64,000 nucleotides of DNA from Podarcis erhardii (lineage: Eukaryota). Below, piece by piece: positions 7,617-20,062 of the stretch. The stretch is taken from NCBI GenBank assembly GCA_964252035.1, contig OZ176202.1, one strand, 5' to 3'. How positions within the stretch are numbered: position 1 is the stretch's first letter; every line of letters starts with the position of its first letter. The translations under genes and the position numbers were made by a program. The notes beneath the pieces were generated by a model. The model searched no databases, was not told the origin of the DNA, and saw nothing but the letters and a program-made list of their open reading frames with translations.

Positions 7617-8391
7617 TGTGCCTCCCATAAGACTCTAGCCATATTTTCCTAAGGTTTAAGGTATACTGAGAGAGTTAAAGGGCAATAATTTTTGGGAAGA
7701 GCTAATGGGAAAAGCAGCTGGCTGGGAAAGGGGGGTGTAAACTGAAGAGGCTTCTTTTGAAGCTGTTTTTTTTTTACTGAGTTCCTTTTTACTTTGCAAA
7801 GGCCTTTTCTTCTAAAAAGCTATCTATGTTATGTATGAGATTTGTTGGCTTAATGTAATTAGGCAAAGGATTTAGAAAGTAAGAAATGTTAGATTCTTAT
7901 TTCATTGATGGTGTGTGAGAATGTGAACCCAAGATCTCTGTTTAGATAGAATTTAATACCACGAGCCATTTGTTTTAGCCATTTGTTTTGGAATGCAGGG
8001 GCAACAGGGGCAAAAGGTGATCTGGTAATTAAGGTGCCTTGTTGAGGCAAATGTAAGATATATGGCTACTTGTCTGCCATTTCTGGATAGAAGGAAATAT
8101 AGCTCTTTGTCTCCCATAAAAGGTAATAGGAAATGGGTGTATCTTTTATGATTGGTTCTAGCAAACAGCCAATAGGAATTTCAACCAGGCTGATTGGACA
8201 GAGGCAGCCAAAGGAGGAGCAAGGGGGCTGGGCTGAGGAAATATAAGTGCTGGCCATCAGGGTTGGAGGGGGCAGAGCTTTGGTAACCATATACCACTGT
8301 GTCTATCATTTATTTGTCTGACAAATAAATTATTATTTTAATTTCTCTATTGCTGCGTTGAATATTTCATTCCAGCTAAGCGTTAACCACA
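7617..8391 (+). mobile_element. Probable solo LTR (ERV/Gypsy-like)
   Basis: TGT...ACA-bounded segment with several CCAAT/ATTGG boxes (about 8150-8200), TATA-like AAATATAAG (about 8240) and a downstream AATAAA (about 8324). No clean TSD found, so the boundaries are uncertain. Confidence 0.45.
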
Positions 8392-9128
8392 AGCAGGGTG
8401 CTACAGTTCAGCAGCAGAAGCAGGAAGTCCCGGGTTCAAATCATTTTGTAAAAATGAAAGGCATTTGCAACCTTCTTCCGTGTTAAGGATGCTGGGGAAA
8501 GGAGGTGTGATGTCATGCTGCTATTTTTGAGATGCTAGTGCCTCAAAGATGTAACATGAAATGTAACATGAAATGAGGAAGGTGTGTGATGTAACATGAA
8601 ATGAGGTGCTGTGTGATTTCACTGGGAACTTCAACTGACTTCTCTGAGGTAATAGGTAGCTCTTTTGTTTTCAGCAAAAACGCCTTTTTTAAAAAAAATC
8701 TTCCTCTACTCCATGCTACCACTACACATTCATTTCACTTTGAGCTTGCAAGCTGATGAAATCTCTTAAACCAAACCAACCACGTTTCTTCTGAGCACCA
8801 TTTTATCAGTTCTTGTCTCTTTTTCAGGCATTTTGTTCAGACAGTGAAACATTGAGAAATGTGCTTTCGTTCATATGATTGCTTACTATTTTAAACCGAG
8901 TGCCCTTTTCTGAGCCTGCATGCACACCAGACATAAGAACCATACATTTAAAGCATATGAGTCCCCGCACCCCAGAATCCTGGAAATTGTAGTTTATTAA
9001 GGGTGCTGGGCATTGTAACCCTGTGAGAAGTAAACTGCGGTTCTCAGGATGCTTTTGGGGAAGTCATGTGCATCCATTGTGCTTTAATGTATGGTGTATA
9101 AGCAGCCTGATAGTAGTAACATTGTTAG

Positions 9129-9257
9129 CAGGGCATTTTTTCCCAGCCAGAACTCAGTTCCAGCACCTCTCAAGTGGGCACCATTGGTTTTTCTAAGAGA
9201 ACGAGGGAGGTATTCATGCTGAGTTCCAGCACCTCTTTTTCTAGAAAAATAGCACTG
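9129..9257. mobile_element. Short non-autonomous DNA transposon (MITE)
   Basis: Ends CAGGGCATTTTTT ... AAAAATAGCACTG. Internal GAGTTCCAGCACCT motif also appears at about 6218-6250. Confidence 0.6.
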
Positions 9258-9753
9258 ATGGTGATATATCACTGAGGCCAACACCTGTTGGGGGCAGTTA
9301 GCAGTCACAGTTAACAGAACTGAGATGAACAAATGTTTGTACACCATCTGATTTAATGGGATATGGTGATAACTGAATTCCACAGACATTGTATGTAAAT
9401 TCCAAAATGTCTGCTTCTTATGATGATTCACGGCGTACTGCCAATGGTAATCCTATTATTGTGTTGCAGGAGGAGGTGAAACTCCTTTGTTGTATTCTTC
9501 TGGGAGCATATACACAACTGCATGTGCTATTGCCTTTACTATACTTGGCTGTGTGTGTGGGAGCCCTTGTGTTGAGCAATTTATCCCCTCCACTGTTCCA
9601 TCCCATTGTAATAAGGACCAAATTTACCTGTTTTAATAAGGACCATCTTGTGAAGGGATTGGGGTTCTCACGTTTTAATGCAGAGATGTTCAGGTTTATG
9701 AACGATTTGGAGAACACACACACCAGTTATTAAGATATAATTATAGATTACTA

Positions 9754-9757
<4 letters not shown>

Positions 9758-9808
<51 letters not shown>
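9758..9808. repeat. (CT)n microsatellite
   Basis: Perfect dinucleotide run of about 25 units. Confidence 0.97.
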
Positions 9809-9812
<4 letters not shown>

Positions 9813-9914
9813 CATGTTTTCCGCCACTGAACTACAGTCCTGTGGAAATACACATGTGGCCATAATCCAGTACAAACTTAGACACAGTTCAACTCACTGA
9901 AATAAATGGACTTA

Positions 9915-10285
9915 AGCTTTTGAATTATGGTGCTGGAGGAGACTCTTAAGAGTCCCATGGACTGCAAGAAGATCAAACCTATCCATTCTTAAGGAAATCA
10001 GCGCTGAGTGCTCACTGGAAGGACAGAACTTGAAGCTGAGGCTCCAATACTTTGGCCATCTCATGAGAAGAGAAGACTCCCTGGAAAAGACCCTGATGTT
10101 GGGAAAAATTGGGAGCACAAGGAGAAGGGGACGACAGAGGATGAGATCGTTGGACAGTGTTCTTGAAGCTGCTAACATGGGTTTGACCATACTACGGGAG
10201 GCAATGGAAGACAGGAGTGCCTGGTGTACTCTGGTCCATGGGGTCACGAAGAGCTGGACACGACTAAATGACTAAACAACAACAA
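9915..10285 (+). mobile_element. BovB (RTE-clade LINE) 3' fragment
   Basis: Encodes LRLQYFGHLMRREDSLEKTLMLGKI; 3' end GGGGTCACGAAGAG...CGACTAAATGACTAAACAACAACAA. Confidence 0.9.
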
Positions 10286-11264
10286 GAACAAAGCATGCCT
10301 TGCCTCAAACTGCAAGAGTGTCAGCTGTCTAAACAAATCACCCACCCACCCACACATCTTTTAATTCTCAACATGTTTCAGACACAAACACAAGCCAGTC
10401 TTAAGCCACTGTCTCTCTTAAGATAGCAAATGGTTCTGTGGTCTGAGCAGTTGCATTGCCTTGAGTTGATTGCAGTCTGGAAATATAAGGCAGCTGGATT
10501 AGTCTTGAATGGGCGAGTAGCTCTAACTGCCTTCCTTTACAAGTGAGTTTTTTTGTTGAAACATGCTGGGAATCAAAAGATACTTCTTTGTCTATGCAGC
10601 TGGTGCTCTTGCAGATTTGAGGCGACCCTTTTAAAATCTCCGCTTGCTGCTTCAGACTTATTTATTTCTGAAATAAATATGGACTGAAATAACACTTTTA
10701 GTGTCTTATGCACACTTAACTGTGCTGGATTTTGGCTAATGTATTTTCAACCAGAATATGGGATTTTTTAATTTTTTGTATTTATGTGCAACTATTTGTG
10801 AAACATGGTTCTCCACACACCCCTCAGGTCACAAGATAATATCCATTGTGCTTATCAGCTAATTTATATATAATTTTAATCAGGGCACATATGTGCTAGC
10901 ACAACCGATATACTTGAGACGGCATTCTACTGCCTGATTTTTGTTTACTCATTTACCGGTATCTGAAAGGTGTTAGCGCTTTTGGAGCCTATCACTTCCT
11001 TCATTTGGAAAACACCTTTCAGGAGGTAGGACATAATAGTCACACCTCCCAACCAGCCAATCAGAATTCTTTCATTTATGCAGCATAGTTGTGAGCACCA
11101 TTGCACATTGTGAATGCATCAATTTTATCAAGACTATGGAAAGGTGTTTGAGGTTTTTTTCTGGCTAAGATAGCATATCTTGCAGGCCTATGAGCTGCTG
11201 AGCTCTAACTAATGGACTCTTAGAACTATGGCAGGTCTGTAGATTTAGCACTACACTATACTAT

Positions 11265-12216
11265 GCTGTGGTCTAAACCACAGAGCCTAGGGCTTGCCGA
11301 TCAGAAGGTTAGCGGTTTGAATCCCCGCGATGGGGTGAGCTCCCGTTGCTCAGTCCCTGCTCCTGCCAACCTAGCAGTTCGAAAGCACATCAAAGTGCAA
11401 GTAGATAAATAGGTACCGCTCTGGTGGGAGGGTAAACAGCATTTCCGTCATAGCTGTCAACTTACAGATTTGAAAATAAGGGACCAGCAGCCAAAATAAG
11501 GGACCTGCAGCCTCACCTGTTCCAGGCACTCCAGTCTTCCTGTCCTCCTGCAGTCTGGTCAAACTCATGCTGGGTAGCTTCAAGAACACTGTCCAACCAA
11601 CTTTGTTACCAGAGGTTCAACTGAATAGAATCTGAATCACATGCACCACAAGGCCTATGCAGCCTCAACTTAAGATGGCTCCCCAGCCTGGCTTTGCACT
11701 GCAAAGTTTGCAGCAGCACGTGCAACAAAATGGCATCCAGCATTCAAAAAACCCCTCAGCTTGCATTAACTAGCCACACACAAGGCATGCAAGCTCCACC
11801 CCCCAGTCGTTCTTAGACTTCTTATTGGGTGAGCAACACAGCCAAGCAACACAGTTGGAGCCTCTCTCCTCCCTGGCCGGCAGGGAGGGAGGGAGAGGAG
11901 CTGCTTCCTTTGAAATTTAAGGGACATCATTTAAGGGACATTTAAGGGACATCCATCAATAAGGGACAGCAGCGGGACATGGCGCTGGAATAAGGGACTG
12001 TCCCTTCAAATAAGGGACACTTGACAGCTATGATTTCCGTGCACTGCTCTGGTTTGCCAGAAGCGACTTAGTCATGCTGGCCACATGACACGGAAGCTGT
12101 CTGCGGACAAACGCCGGCTCCCTCGGCCTGTAAAGCAAAATGAGCGCCGCAACCCCAGAGTTATTTGCGACTGGACCTAATGGTCAGGGGTCCCTTTACC
12201 TTTACCTTTACCTTTA
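11265..12216 (+). mobile_element. Sauria SINE (lacertid type), interrupted by a hAT MITE
   Basis: Matches the copy at 55517-55855 on both sides of the insertion; (TTTACC)n tail. Confidence 0.9.
11449..12032. mobile_element. Non-autonomous hAT element nested in the Sauria SINE
   Basis: TIR CATAGCTGTCAA / TTGACAGCTATG; exact 8-bp TSD ATTTCCGT at 11441-11448 and 12033-12040. Confidence 0.92.
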
Positions 12217-12744
12217 TATTGAAGCCCATGGCCAGAAATGTTTTGGTGAAGAGGCCTAAGGATAAACTATGTGTAGGGTGCACATCATGAGTTAATGTGA
12301 AACAGCAAAAAAACAGCTACAGATACAAGTATAACCCTGATATGTTTATAGTTGCTAACTTATTATTTAAATAGACTTTAAAACAGAGCAGGGAATGTTA
12401 GAATCTGCTCAAGCAATGAGGCTATGTCAGGTTTAGCCATCACAGCCCTTCACAATTCAAATTAGCATGCTATAGGACTTCAACAATGGTGATTGTAACC
12501 AACAAGTGAGACCATGGTTTCCTAATACATCAGTTCCAGGCAAGTATCTTGCCAAAAAAAAAAAAAAAATTGGTTTGGGTAGCTGTAGGCTTCTCAAGAG
12601 AACTCTCCTTATTACTGTGATTGTGACATTGGTTTCCTCACACTGGTACAAGGCCAGGCTCTGTAGTCATTTATAGATCTACCAGCTGAGACAGACCTGC
12701 TTGGATTGCAAGAACCAAGAATCTCAAAACTATTCTGTAACACA

Positions 12745-12915
12745 GGGATGAGGAGCCCATGGCCCTCTAGAAGTTCTGTCTAATTAATTTTTATTAGGAC
12801 CCTCTAGATGTTGTTGGATTATGATTACCAAGATCCCTGAACATTGGCCGTTCTGGCTGACGCCGGTGGGAGCTGGGAGTCCAACAACATCTAGAGAGCT
12901 GCAGGTTCCCCATCT
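12745..12915. mobile_element. Common squamate palindromic MITE-like repeat (GATGTTGTTGGAC...TCCAACAACATC family); related copies near 40590-40745, 45960-46100 and 63570-63700
   Basis: Inverted GATGTTGTTGGA / TCCAACAACATC arms, repeated at several positions in the window. Confidence 0.6.
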
Positions 12916-13134
12916 CTTGGTGAAATATTTGAAGTAAATGTTACACCTGCAAGAAATATGCCATACCCACTATTCCCCACCTGTGAAGCACAATAGGAAT
13001 AGTGAGCCCTCCATGGGGATGTCATATTTCTTGCAGGTGCAACATTTACTTCAGCGCATCTGTGGTGCATCTTTTGCACCTCAACTGGACTTTCTTGTTG
13101 CCTGTTAGTTTTGCTGCTGGTTGGCTGTTACATG

Positions 13135-13245
13135 GGGGGCATAAGAATTCGTTCATTCCCCCCCCCAAAAAAATATAGTCTGGCCCCCCACAAGGTCTGA
13201 GGGACAGTGGACTGGCCCCCTGCTGAAAAAGTTTGCTGACCCCTG
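13135..13245. mobile_element. hAT/Charlie-type MITE terminal fragment
   Basis: Ends AAAAAGTTTGCTGACCCCTG, a typical Charlie-type TIR; the other end is not found. Confidence 0.55.
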
Positions 13246-14417
13246 TTACTAATCTAAGGTCATCCTGTGGCTAAGTGGGCATTTGAACCCAGCTGCCTTT
13301 AGTCCTAGCCTTACTCTTTGATGACTACACTGCACTGTCTCTTCAGAAGCCTTGCCTATCATCAGGCTCAGCAGTGCATCCTTGCCACAATCAACACAAA
13401 ACAAAACTCGGCCGATACAATGGCTTCCTTTTAATTATCACTAGAAAGCAGTGTTTCCTTACACACCCAGAAACTGACTGAGCTGTACAGAGATGTAATC
13501 AGTGGAGCATGAGGCCATAAACCGGCTATCAGGAGCAAGGCATGCAGGCTCTTCTGATCCCAGTTTAGGTTGCTTTTGCTTGTTCAGAGCAGTCATCCCA
13601 GTATATGATCGCAAAGAGGCAAAAAAACTGCAGCATTTCCTTGATTAAGGTTGCACCAACCTCGCAGGCTAGTTGGTTAGTCAAGATCAGAATGGGTTAG
13701 TGACATGACATAAAAACATGTGGTTCCCTTTAACGCAGCTCTCTGATCATTTGTCTTTACCTTTACCTCCACTGGAGAGAGGTGTAAAGCAAAGCTTTCT
13801 TTCTACCTGGGGAAAAAAGCCATTAAAAGGTGGTATCCCATCTCTCTACAATAAAACCAAGCAGCTTATGCAACTGTTAGCTGCTAACACTACAGGTCTC
13901 CAATGACTTTATCATCTCAAATGATGGTGAATGAGTATTGAAGGAACACACTCCACCTATTTATTTTTTAAAATGCTTAAACTATGTTTATGACCAACAA
14001 AAACCACAATTGTCCTATTTTTAGGAACAACATGGATCCTAGCTTATTTTCAAGGCTTCTTGAATGTATCACACTTGGGTTTCTGAAGCTTAAAGTGGCT
14101 CCTTTTAAAGTTAAGTTGAAAGTGTATCTCCTGATGTCTTAGGAAAAAGTAGCGTCTTGGGAATGACTTTAAAATAAAGATAATGTGCCTTCTATTTTAT
14201 AGAGTGGCGTTAACTAATATCTACTCTGAGCAGATCCACTGTATTAATCATGTTAATTTCAGCAGGCCTACTCTCTCGAGTAAAACCCAGTTGAGTACCA
14301 CACAGTATGTTTTCCCACTACAACTTTTTTGAATTCAGTCTAGTATGTCATTTCCTTTTGGCAATGTCCATTAAGTGTCAGGAAGAAAAACTTCTTTTTT
14401 AAAAATAACAATCACTT

Positions 14418-14423
14418 TTTATT
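14418..14423 (-). terminator. Candidate KCNK5 polyadenylation signal (AATAAA)
   Basis: TTTATT on the plus strand at the end of an AU-rich tract; the first clear minus-strand AATAAA I found downstream of the stop codon. Confidence 0.4.
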
Positions 14424-15181
14424 GAAAAAGAGTTAAAATAAATTACATTTTACAAAGTCTAATATGTACATACAGTGATTCCAGTGACACAAATCAGCAA
14501 ACAAAAGTACAGACTGAAACAGGAATTGTGTCTATTCATGTGATGGAGTGAGAGATGAGATCATTAGGTCTGTGCACACTTCCTGAAGCATATGAAAATG
14601 GAGACCCTCATTTTAAAATTCACTGCAGCATAGAAAGCATGAAAATTAAAGGCTCTAGGCAACTTTTAAAATCAGCAGGGATACATAATACTTTTTCCAG
14701 AGAAGATACTAGTACATTTTCACTTGTACCATATCAATAAAATAAGGGGAGTATCAGATCATGCTCAGGGCAGAAAACTTTAGTTTATATGTTTTGAAAC
14801 ACCCATTGCCAGCAATGGAGTCAACTATGTATTCAGATTATGAAGAACCAATAAAAATGTTGCTTAAAAGTTTCATACCACTGTATTAAATTCATAACAG
14901 TTGTGTAAGCAAGTGTTTCAGAGCTTCATTTAGTGACTCCCTTTAAAAGAAAAGCTAGAGTGATATACTCATTTACACTATCTATGGGTCAGTTTTGCAG
15001 TGGATATGCATATCAATCAAACATCAATCTGGCGGGTGGGTTGTAAAGCTTTTCCTGTATTTTTTCAGAGCAAATTTTCACCCAGTTGCCACCCTACTAT
15101 AAGACAGTTGAATACCCAATCTCAGTCCCAGGAATGACCCCAATGTTTGGCTAATTCTGGTCATGAGAATATCCTCTACAC

Positions 15182-15623
15182 CAGAGGTTTTCAACCTTTT
15201 GTGCCCCACAAAAGGTCCTTGACCAACTGCATTCTTTCTGTGGCACCCCTGTGGGACTCAGGAGTCCAGTAGTGTCACCCCTTGTGTGTAGAGCTGGCAG
15301 CCTCTCACCCTTTTTTGGACACCCTCCCTTGTGGGGTGTTGCCTCAGCCTCCTCTCTTTCCCCCTCTCCTTGGGAGTCATCCGGGCAGCTACTGCTGCAG
15401 TCCCTGGTGTCTGAGCTGCCCGCCCCAAAGAGAGGTGCTTCCCAGAGGCACCATTCGCTCGCAGATCTTATAGCCAGAGCTGCTGCAATAAACAGCTGTG
15501 TAAGTCTCTGGGATGCAGAGATGTGAAAGGGCATCAGAGGAAGGGAGGGAAAGAGGAACAGAGGCTAGTGTTGCCCACGGCACCCCTGACCACCATTCAA
15601 GGCACACTGGTTGAAAACCACTG
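15182..15623. mobile_element. hAT-Charlie-type MITE
   Basis: TIR CAG(A/T)GGTTTTCAACC / GGTTGAAAACCACTG; decayed 8-bp TSD CTCTACAC / CTATAGAC resembling the Charlie NTCTAGAN target. Confidence 0.8.
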
Positions 15624-17003
15624 CTATAGACTGTTAAGCAAAAAGAAGGAGAGTTGGTGGGTTGTTTGGTCCAATTTATGGAACTGTATTTCCTCTCAAT
15701 AACACTATGAAGCTTAGCAGCTATTGCCAGCGTTCTGGGTTGTTCTGAGCCCAGTGACAACAGTAGCGGTGGGACGAAAGGTAAAGCAGCAGTACCAAGG
15801 TTTCATGATCCACAGCTTGGTAGAGATAAGTGGGAAGGAGACTCCTCCCTTTCCCTACTGAAACACATGCATAAGATTGATGCTCTGGTGCTTTTGAAGG
15901 TTAGCAGCTTTCCTTTTTTTTTAAAAAAAAAAAATCCCTTCCATAAACACCTATAACATGAACATAAAGTGGAGATTCCCCACTCTCAGGCCGGAGGAGG
16001 AGAAGAAGTTTCCAAACCTAACACTTTCGCTTGTTTTCATATTATGGAAATCCTTCTCAATACTTGGCTGAGAATTCAAGCTAGGCAAAGGCACTTCAAA
16101 GGGACTTAGACTGAAAAGACTGAAGCTCCACTAAACATGGAAGACAGTACTTCAGACCAGGAGAGTGCTAAGGCAAACAAGTCCTCTGGTAGGTCTAAGG
16201 TGACTCCATTGTTTAATGAATGCTAGGTAAAGAAAGAAACCAACAACTAACTGGTAGAATCATAGAACAGTGAAGGGAAAATGAATAGCTTTCAGCAACT
16301 AAAAACCATGATCCAGTAAGTTATGCATATAGCCTTTTGGGCTGGCCACTTTATGACCAAAAAACCCCCTCCGCAAGGCACATGGTGGATTTGTTGAGAG
16401 GTAAGATTCTACCAGATGATCCAGCTGTTTCTCACATGTCCACTTTGATTTTAACCAGGCACTAGGCAGAACACTGAAGTCTTTGTATCTATCAAATTTG
16501 TCTTCACTTAAAACAAGGATAAGGTTTCCTTGAAAGTGGGTAAAGTTCCTAAAATGCAGAATATTTCCTAGGAAGGTGTTAATCACATCTAAAGAGCAGT
16601 ACCTAACCTATGTTTTCATCAGGACACACAAGCTCACCTGTAGATGTACAGGTGAGCCTTAAGATGGAGACCTCAGCTTCAAGTTCCTATTATTTTGTTT
16701 CTGTCTGCCTATGCACTAAACAACACAACAGTCACACCAAGAAGACATAATGTTTCAAGGGAATTATACGTTGTTTCTTGGCTGTTCCTATACTGATCTC
16801 GACACTAAAAGAAGTGTGCACCGTTCTGTACCTCTTTTAGTACAGAGAGAAACCTTTAAGTCATTCATTCATGGAAGACACAACAGATTGCAATGTCAAC
16901 ATTATGAAGTTATTTTCATAAAAATGATTTGCACTTCTGTAACAAAAATGGGACACAGTTCAGTACTTAGTGTATTAACTGCTATTAATATGAGGAACAC
17001 TAC

Positions 17004-17089
17004 AAATTCCTTCCAGTAGCACCTTAAAGACCAACTAAGTCAGTTCTTGGTATGAGCTTTCGTGTGCATGCACACTTCTTCAGATACAC
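17004..17089. mobile_element. Penelope-like terminal repeat fragment (near-identical copy at 42759-42844; related at about 50605-50668 and 55021-55100)
   Basis: Shared TCCTTCCAGTAGCACCTTA(A/G)AGACCAACTAAGT...GAGCTTTC...TGCATGCACACTTCTTCAGATACAC. Resembles reptile Penelope terminal repeats from memory. Confidence 0.6.
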
Positions 17090-19244
17090 TGAAACAGAAG
17101 TTTCCAGACCCTTCTATATAGTGAGAAGGTGGGGAGGGTTTTGTTTTGACTATGGCAGACCAACACGGCTACCTATCTGTATGAGGAACACTGTCACTGA
17201 TAAAAACAGCAGGACGACATTTTTTGAGTTGTGAAACTGTTTGATGCCAAATGTTGTTTTACAGAGGTAAAAATAAGTCATGCCTGCAAAGGATCAGTCT
17301 AACTATTAAAAAGTAGCCACAAAGCCTCTAAGAGAAACATCACTAGCCTCCTGGCCTTATTTCAGCTATACATTACATAATGCATAAGATAACACTGGCA
17401 AATCCAATTGAACAATTTCCTGTCTAGAAAAGTGTGAGAAAATAGAAGTTTTGGGTTCCTTCTTAATTTCTTTTCTCCTCCTGCAACCTTCTTTGTATAT
17501 ACAGTACACATTTCCAAACAGAAATGAACAGACCATCTTTTGCAGGTAATGCCTTTGAGCTGTCCTTCTGCAGACATTTTCTAAGAAAGGGAATACTACA
17601 CACCTCTTCCCCACTCTTCAGAAGCCAAACAGTAGTCAAAAAGAGAAGTTTTGAGTATATCTAATCATTCAAGATCAGCACTGCAAAAATTCCACTTGGC
17701 CCTTCTTACCATGTCAGATTCAAAAATCCTCCCTCCAAGATTTTCATCATCCACTAATTCTTCCATTTCAGATCAAAACAGGAGGAAGTACAATTAAAAT
17801 CTACACTGGAGTGACTCACAACCTGATTCTCAAACATCTCTAGGACTGTGATCTAGAACACTTAGGCTAGAACACTTGCTTAGATTGTTCACCAATGTAA
17901 CTCTGCTCCAAAGATATATGTAATTTAAAAAGGAATACCAACCACTGAGTTAATTATTTCTCTGCCATGTAAAGCCAGTTATCAGATAAAGCCCTTTGCC
18001 ATGATATCCAGCTTCGGCTGCTTTTATAAGTCTTCTCATACTCTCCCCAAATTACAGTTAACATTTTCATTTTACTTAGAAAGCAGTTGAAATACAGCAG
18101 AAATATATGAAAAACCAACAACATTGTGTGCCCATAACAAATATACATCTACTCTAAAGTATCAAATGGAGTGGATAAAAATGGAATGTTTTAGAATCAG
18201 AGAGACAATGAATATAACAAAGCAGCTCTTCGGCTGTTCAGACAAACATCAAGGTATTCAGGCTGTGTTTTGCATTTTTTATATATCTAAAAACCAGTCA
18301 GTCAAAAGGGCAGTGTCACCAAACTTCACTTAGGAGACACGAGCACATGAAATTCAAGTATTTTCTGTAGACTATGGACAATGGAAGGGCACTTCTGATG
18401 CAAAACTGTTTGCCACTGTGCTTTTCTTCATTTTAAATCTGTCATCTGCAATCTCCTCGCACCAATCTGTTACTAAATTTTAAATATTAGTCATATGTAC
18501 TTTTCATTATAACCAGGTTTAACTGCAGATAGTTTCTTGTACAATAGAAGATATAATGTCTCCATAAAATTGGTTCTGTGTCTAAGTTAGTGCTTTTGTT
18601 CATGGACCTTCAGCTCACGACTCAGCAGAACTGGCATAACTTGAGCAGTTATTGTTCAAGTTCCCTAGTCAGGACTGCCAATGTATCTCAACTCTGACCT
18701 TTAGATACTCAGCCCTTCTGGTTCAAAGCATCCCTTTGAAGGAGAATGGAAAGAGAGCTTCATTGTGCGATTTTGAGCTTGCATGAAACAATCATCATTT
18801 TCCACTCTGAGCCTAGATGTGATCTGAATTCAGTTTTTCAGAAATCAAGAGTTAGTGCAGTAACCAGCCACGTCATACATACAATCAATCCAAACCAGTC
18901 TGATTTCAATATCAGAACGTCATTCTTCATCAAATACTGAATAGGCCCAATAACTCTAGGCTTTTCTTCCTAACTTCAAGCACGACCAACTCCCCAAAGG
19001 GAAAAGGAACCCTCAAGTTTTAGAATTGTCACTTCACAGTGAGTAATCAAACTGAGTAACAAACAACTAGAGATAACATCCAGCTGTTGAACGCTTTCAG
19101 TATGCTAATGCAAGGAGGTGGTGGCAGTAGAAAATGCCAAACATGGTACACCTTCCTCTTTTTCCTCCTCATGCATGTTCATCTGTTCAAATCTGTGTTA
19201 AATGATCTTCAGGAAGCCAGTAACAAAAAAGAAAAAGCTGTTGT

Positions 19245-20062
19245 TCACGTTGCAGCTTTTGCAGTATTCACTATGTTGTATTCATTCATTAGCTGCTCAT
19301 AAGGCACAGATATCTCTAAATCATTATTAGTAAACGTAGATTCATCAGAGGATGAAAATGTCACCAGTTTTTTGGGAGACTCTGGTTCCTCTGCAAGATT
19401 GTCATCCATAGACGACTTTGAAGTTTCTTCATCATCTGAAATATCCTCTTCATCCTCATCTTCATTTACAAAAGTTATATTGGCATTTTCAAAGATCAGG
19501 GGTCGATAGTCCCTGGAGTCCCATGCTTCTCCTTCTTCCTCACTGATCCGATCCAGTTGATTTACAAACCCACTGCCCTCAATTGGGCTATCCCCAATAC
19601 GCCTATCAGTTAGATGCCTCATAACATGAAAGTTTTGGAGTCCCAGAGAAACCTCATCATAGTCAAATAACTTGCTCCTTGTGTACATCACTTTGGCATC
19701 TTGGCTAGAATGTTGCAAGGCTGGCTTCACTGGCTCTCCATTTAGGATTTTGTCATTGCTTGTTTTCAGACCCTTCTTTCCAATCTGCTTGATGAGATCA
19801 TTGTAAGTCTCTTGCTTCTTGGAAAGGAAGCTAAAAATGTTCACATCTTTTGGGTTAGACATCTGAAGAGCTTTTTTTGTAGGAGGGTGGGTCTCAAAGG
19901 ACTCCTTCCTTTTTTTCCTTCGTTTCTTGATTGCTTTGTGGACCTCAACAAACATGCTGACCTTCCAGTTAACAAAGAGAGAAAGCCATGCTAAGCCTAG
20001 GTAGATCCACAGCTCCACAAAGTATCTGTAGAGTGAATGGTAGGTCATATTTGGATTCACAC
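19245..20062 (-). CDS. KCNK5: KCNK5 exon 5 (TM4 and cytoplasmic C-terminus; stop TGA at 19247-19245)
   Basis: GVNPNMTYHSLYRYFVELWIYLGLAWLSLFVNWKVSMF...KESFE...; AG acceptor at 20064-20063. R224 and K245 fall at the same numbering as the known TASK-2 pH sensors. Confidence 0.96.
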
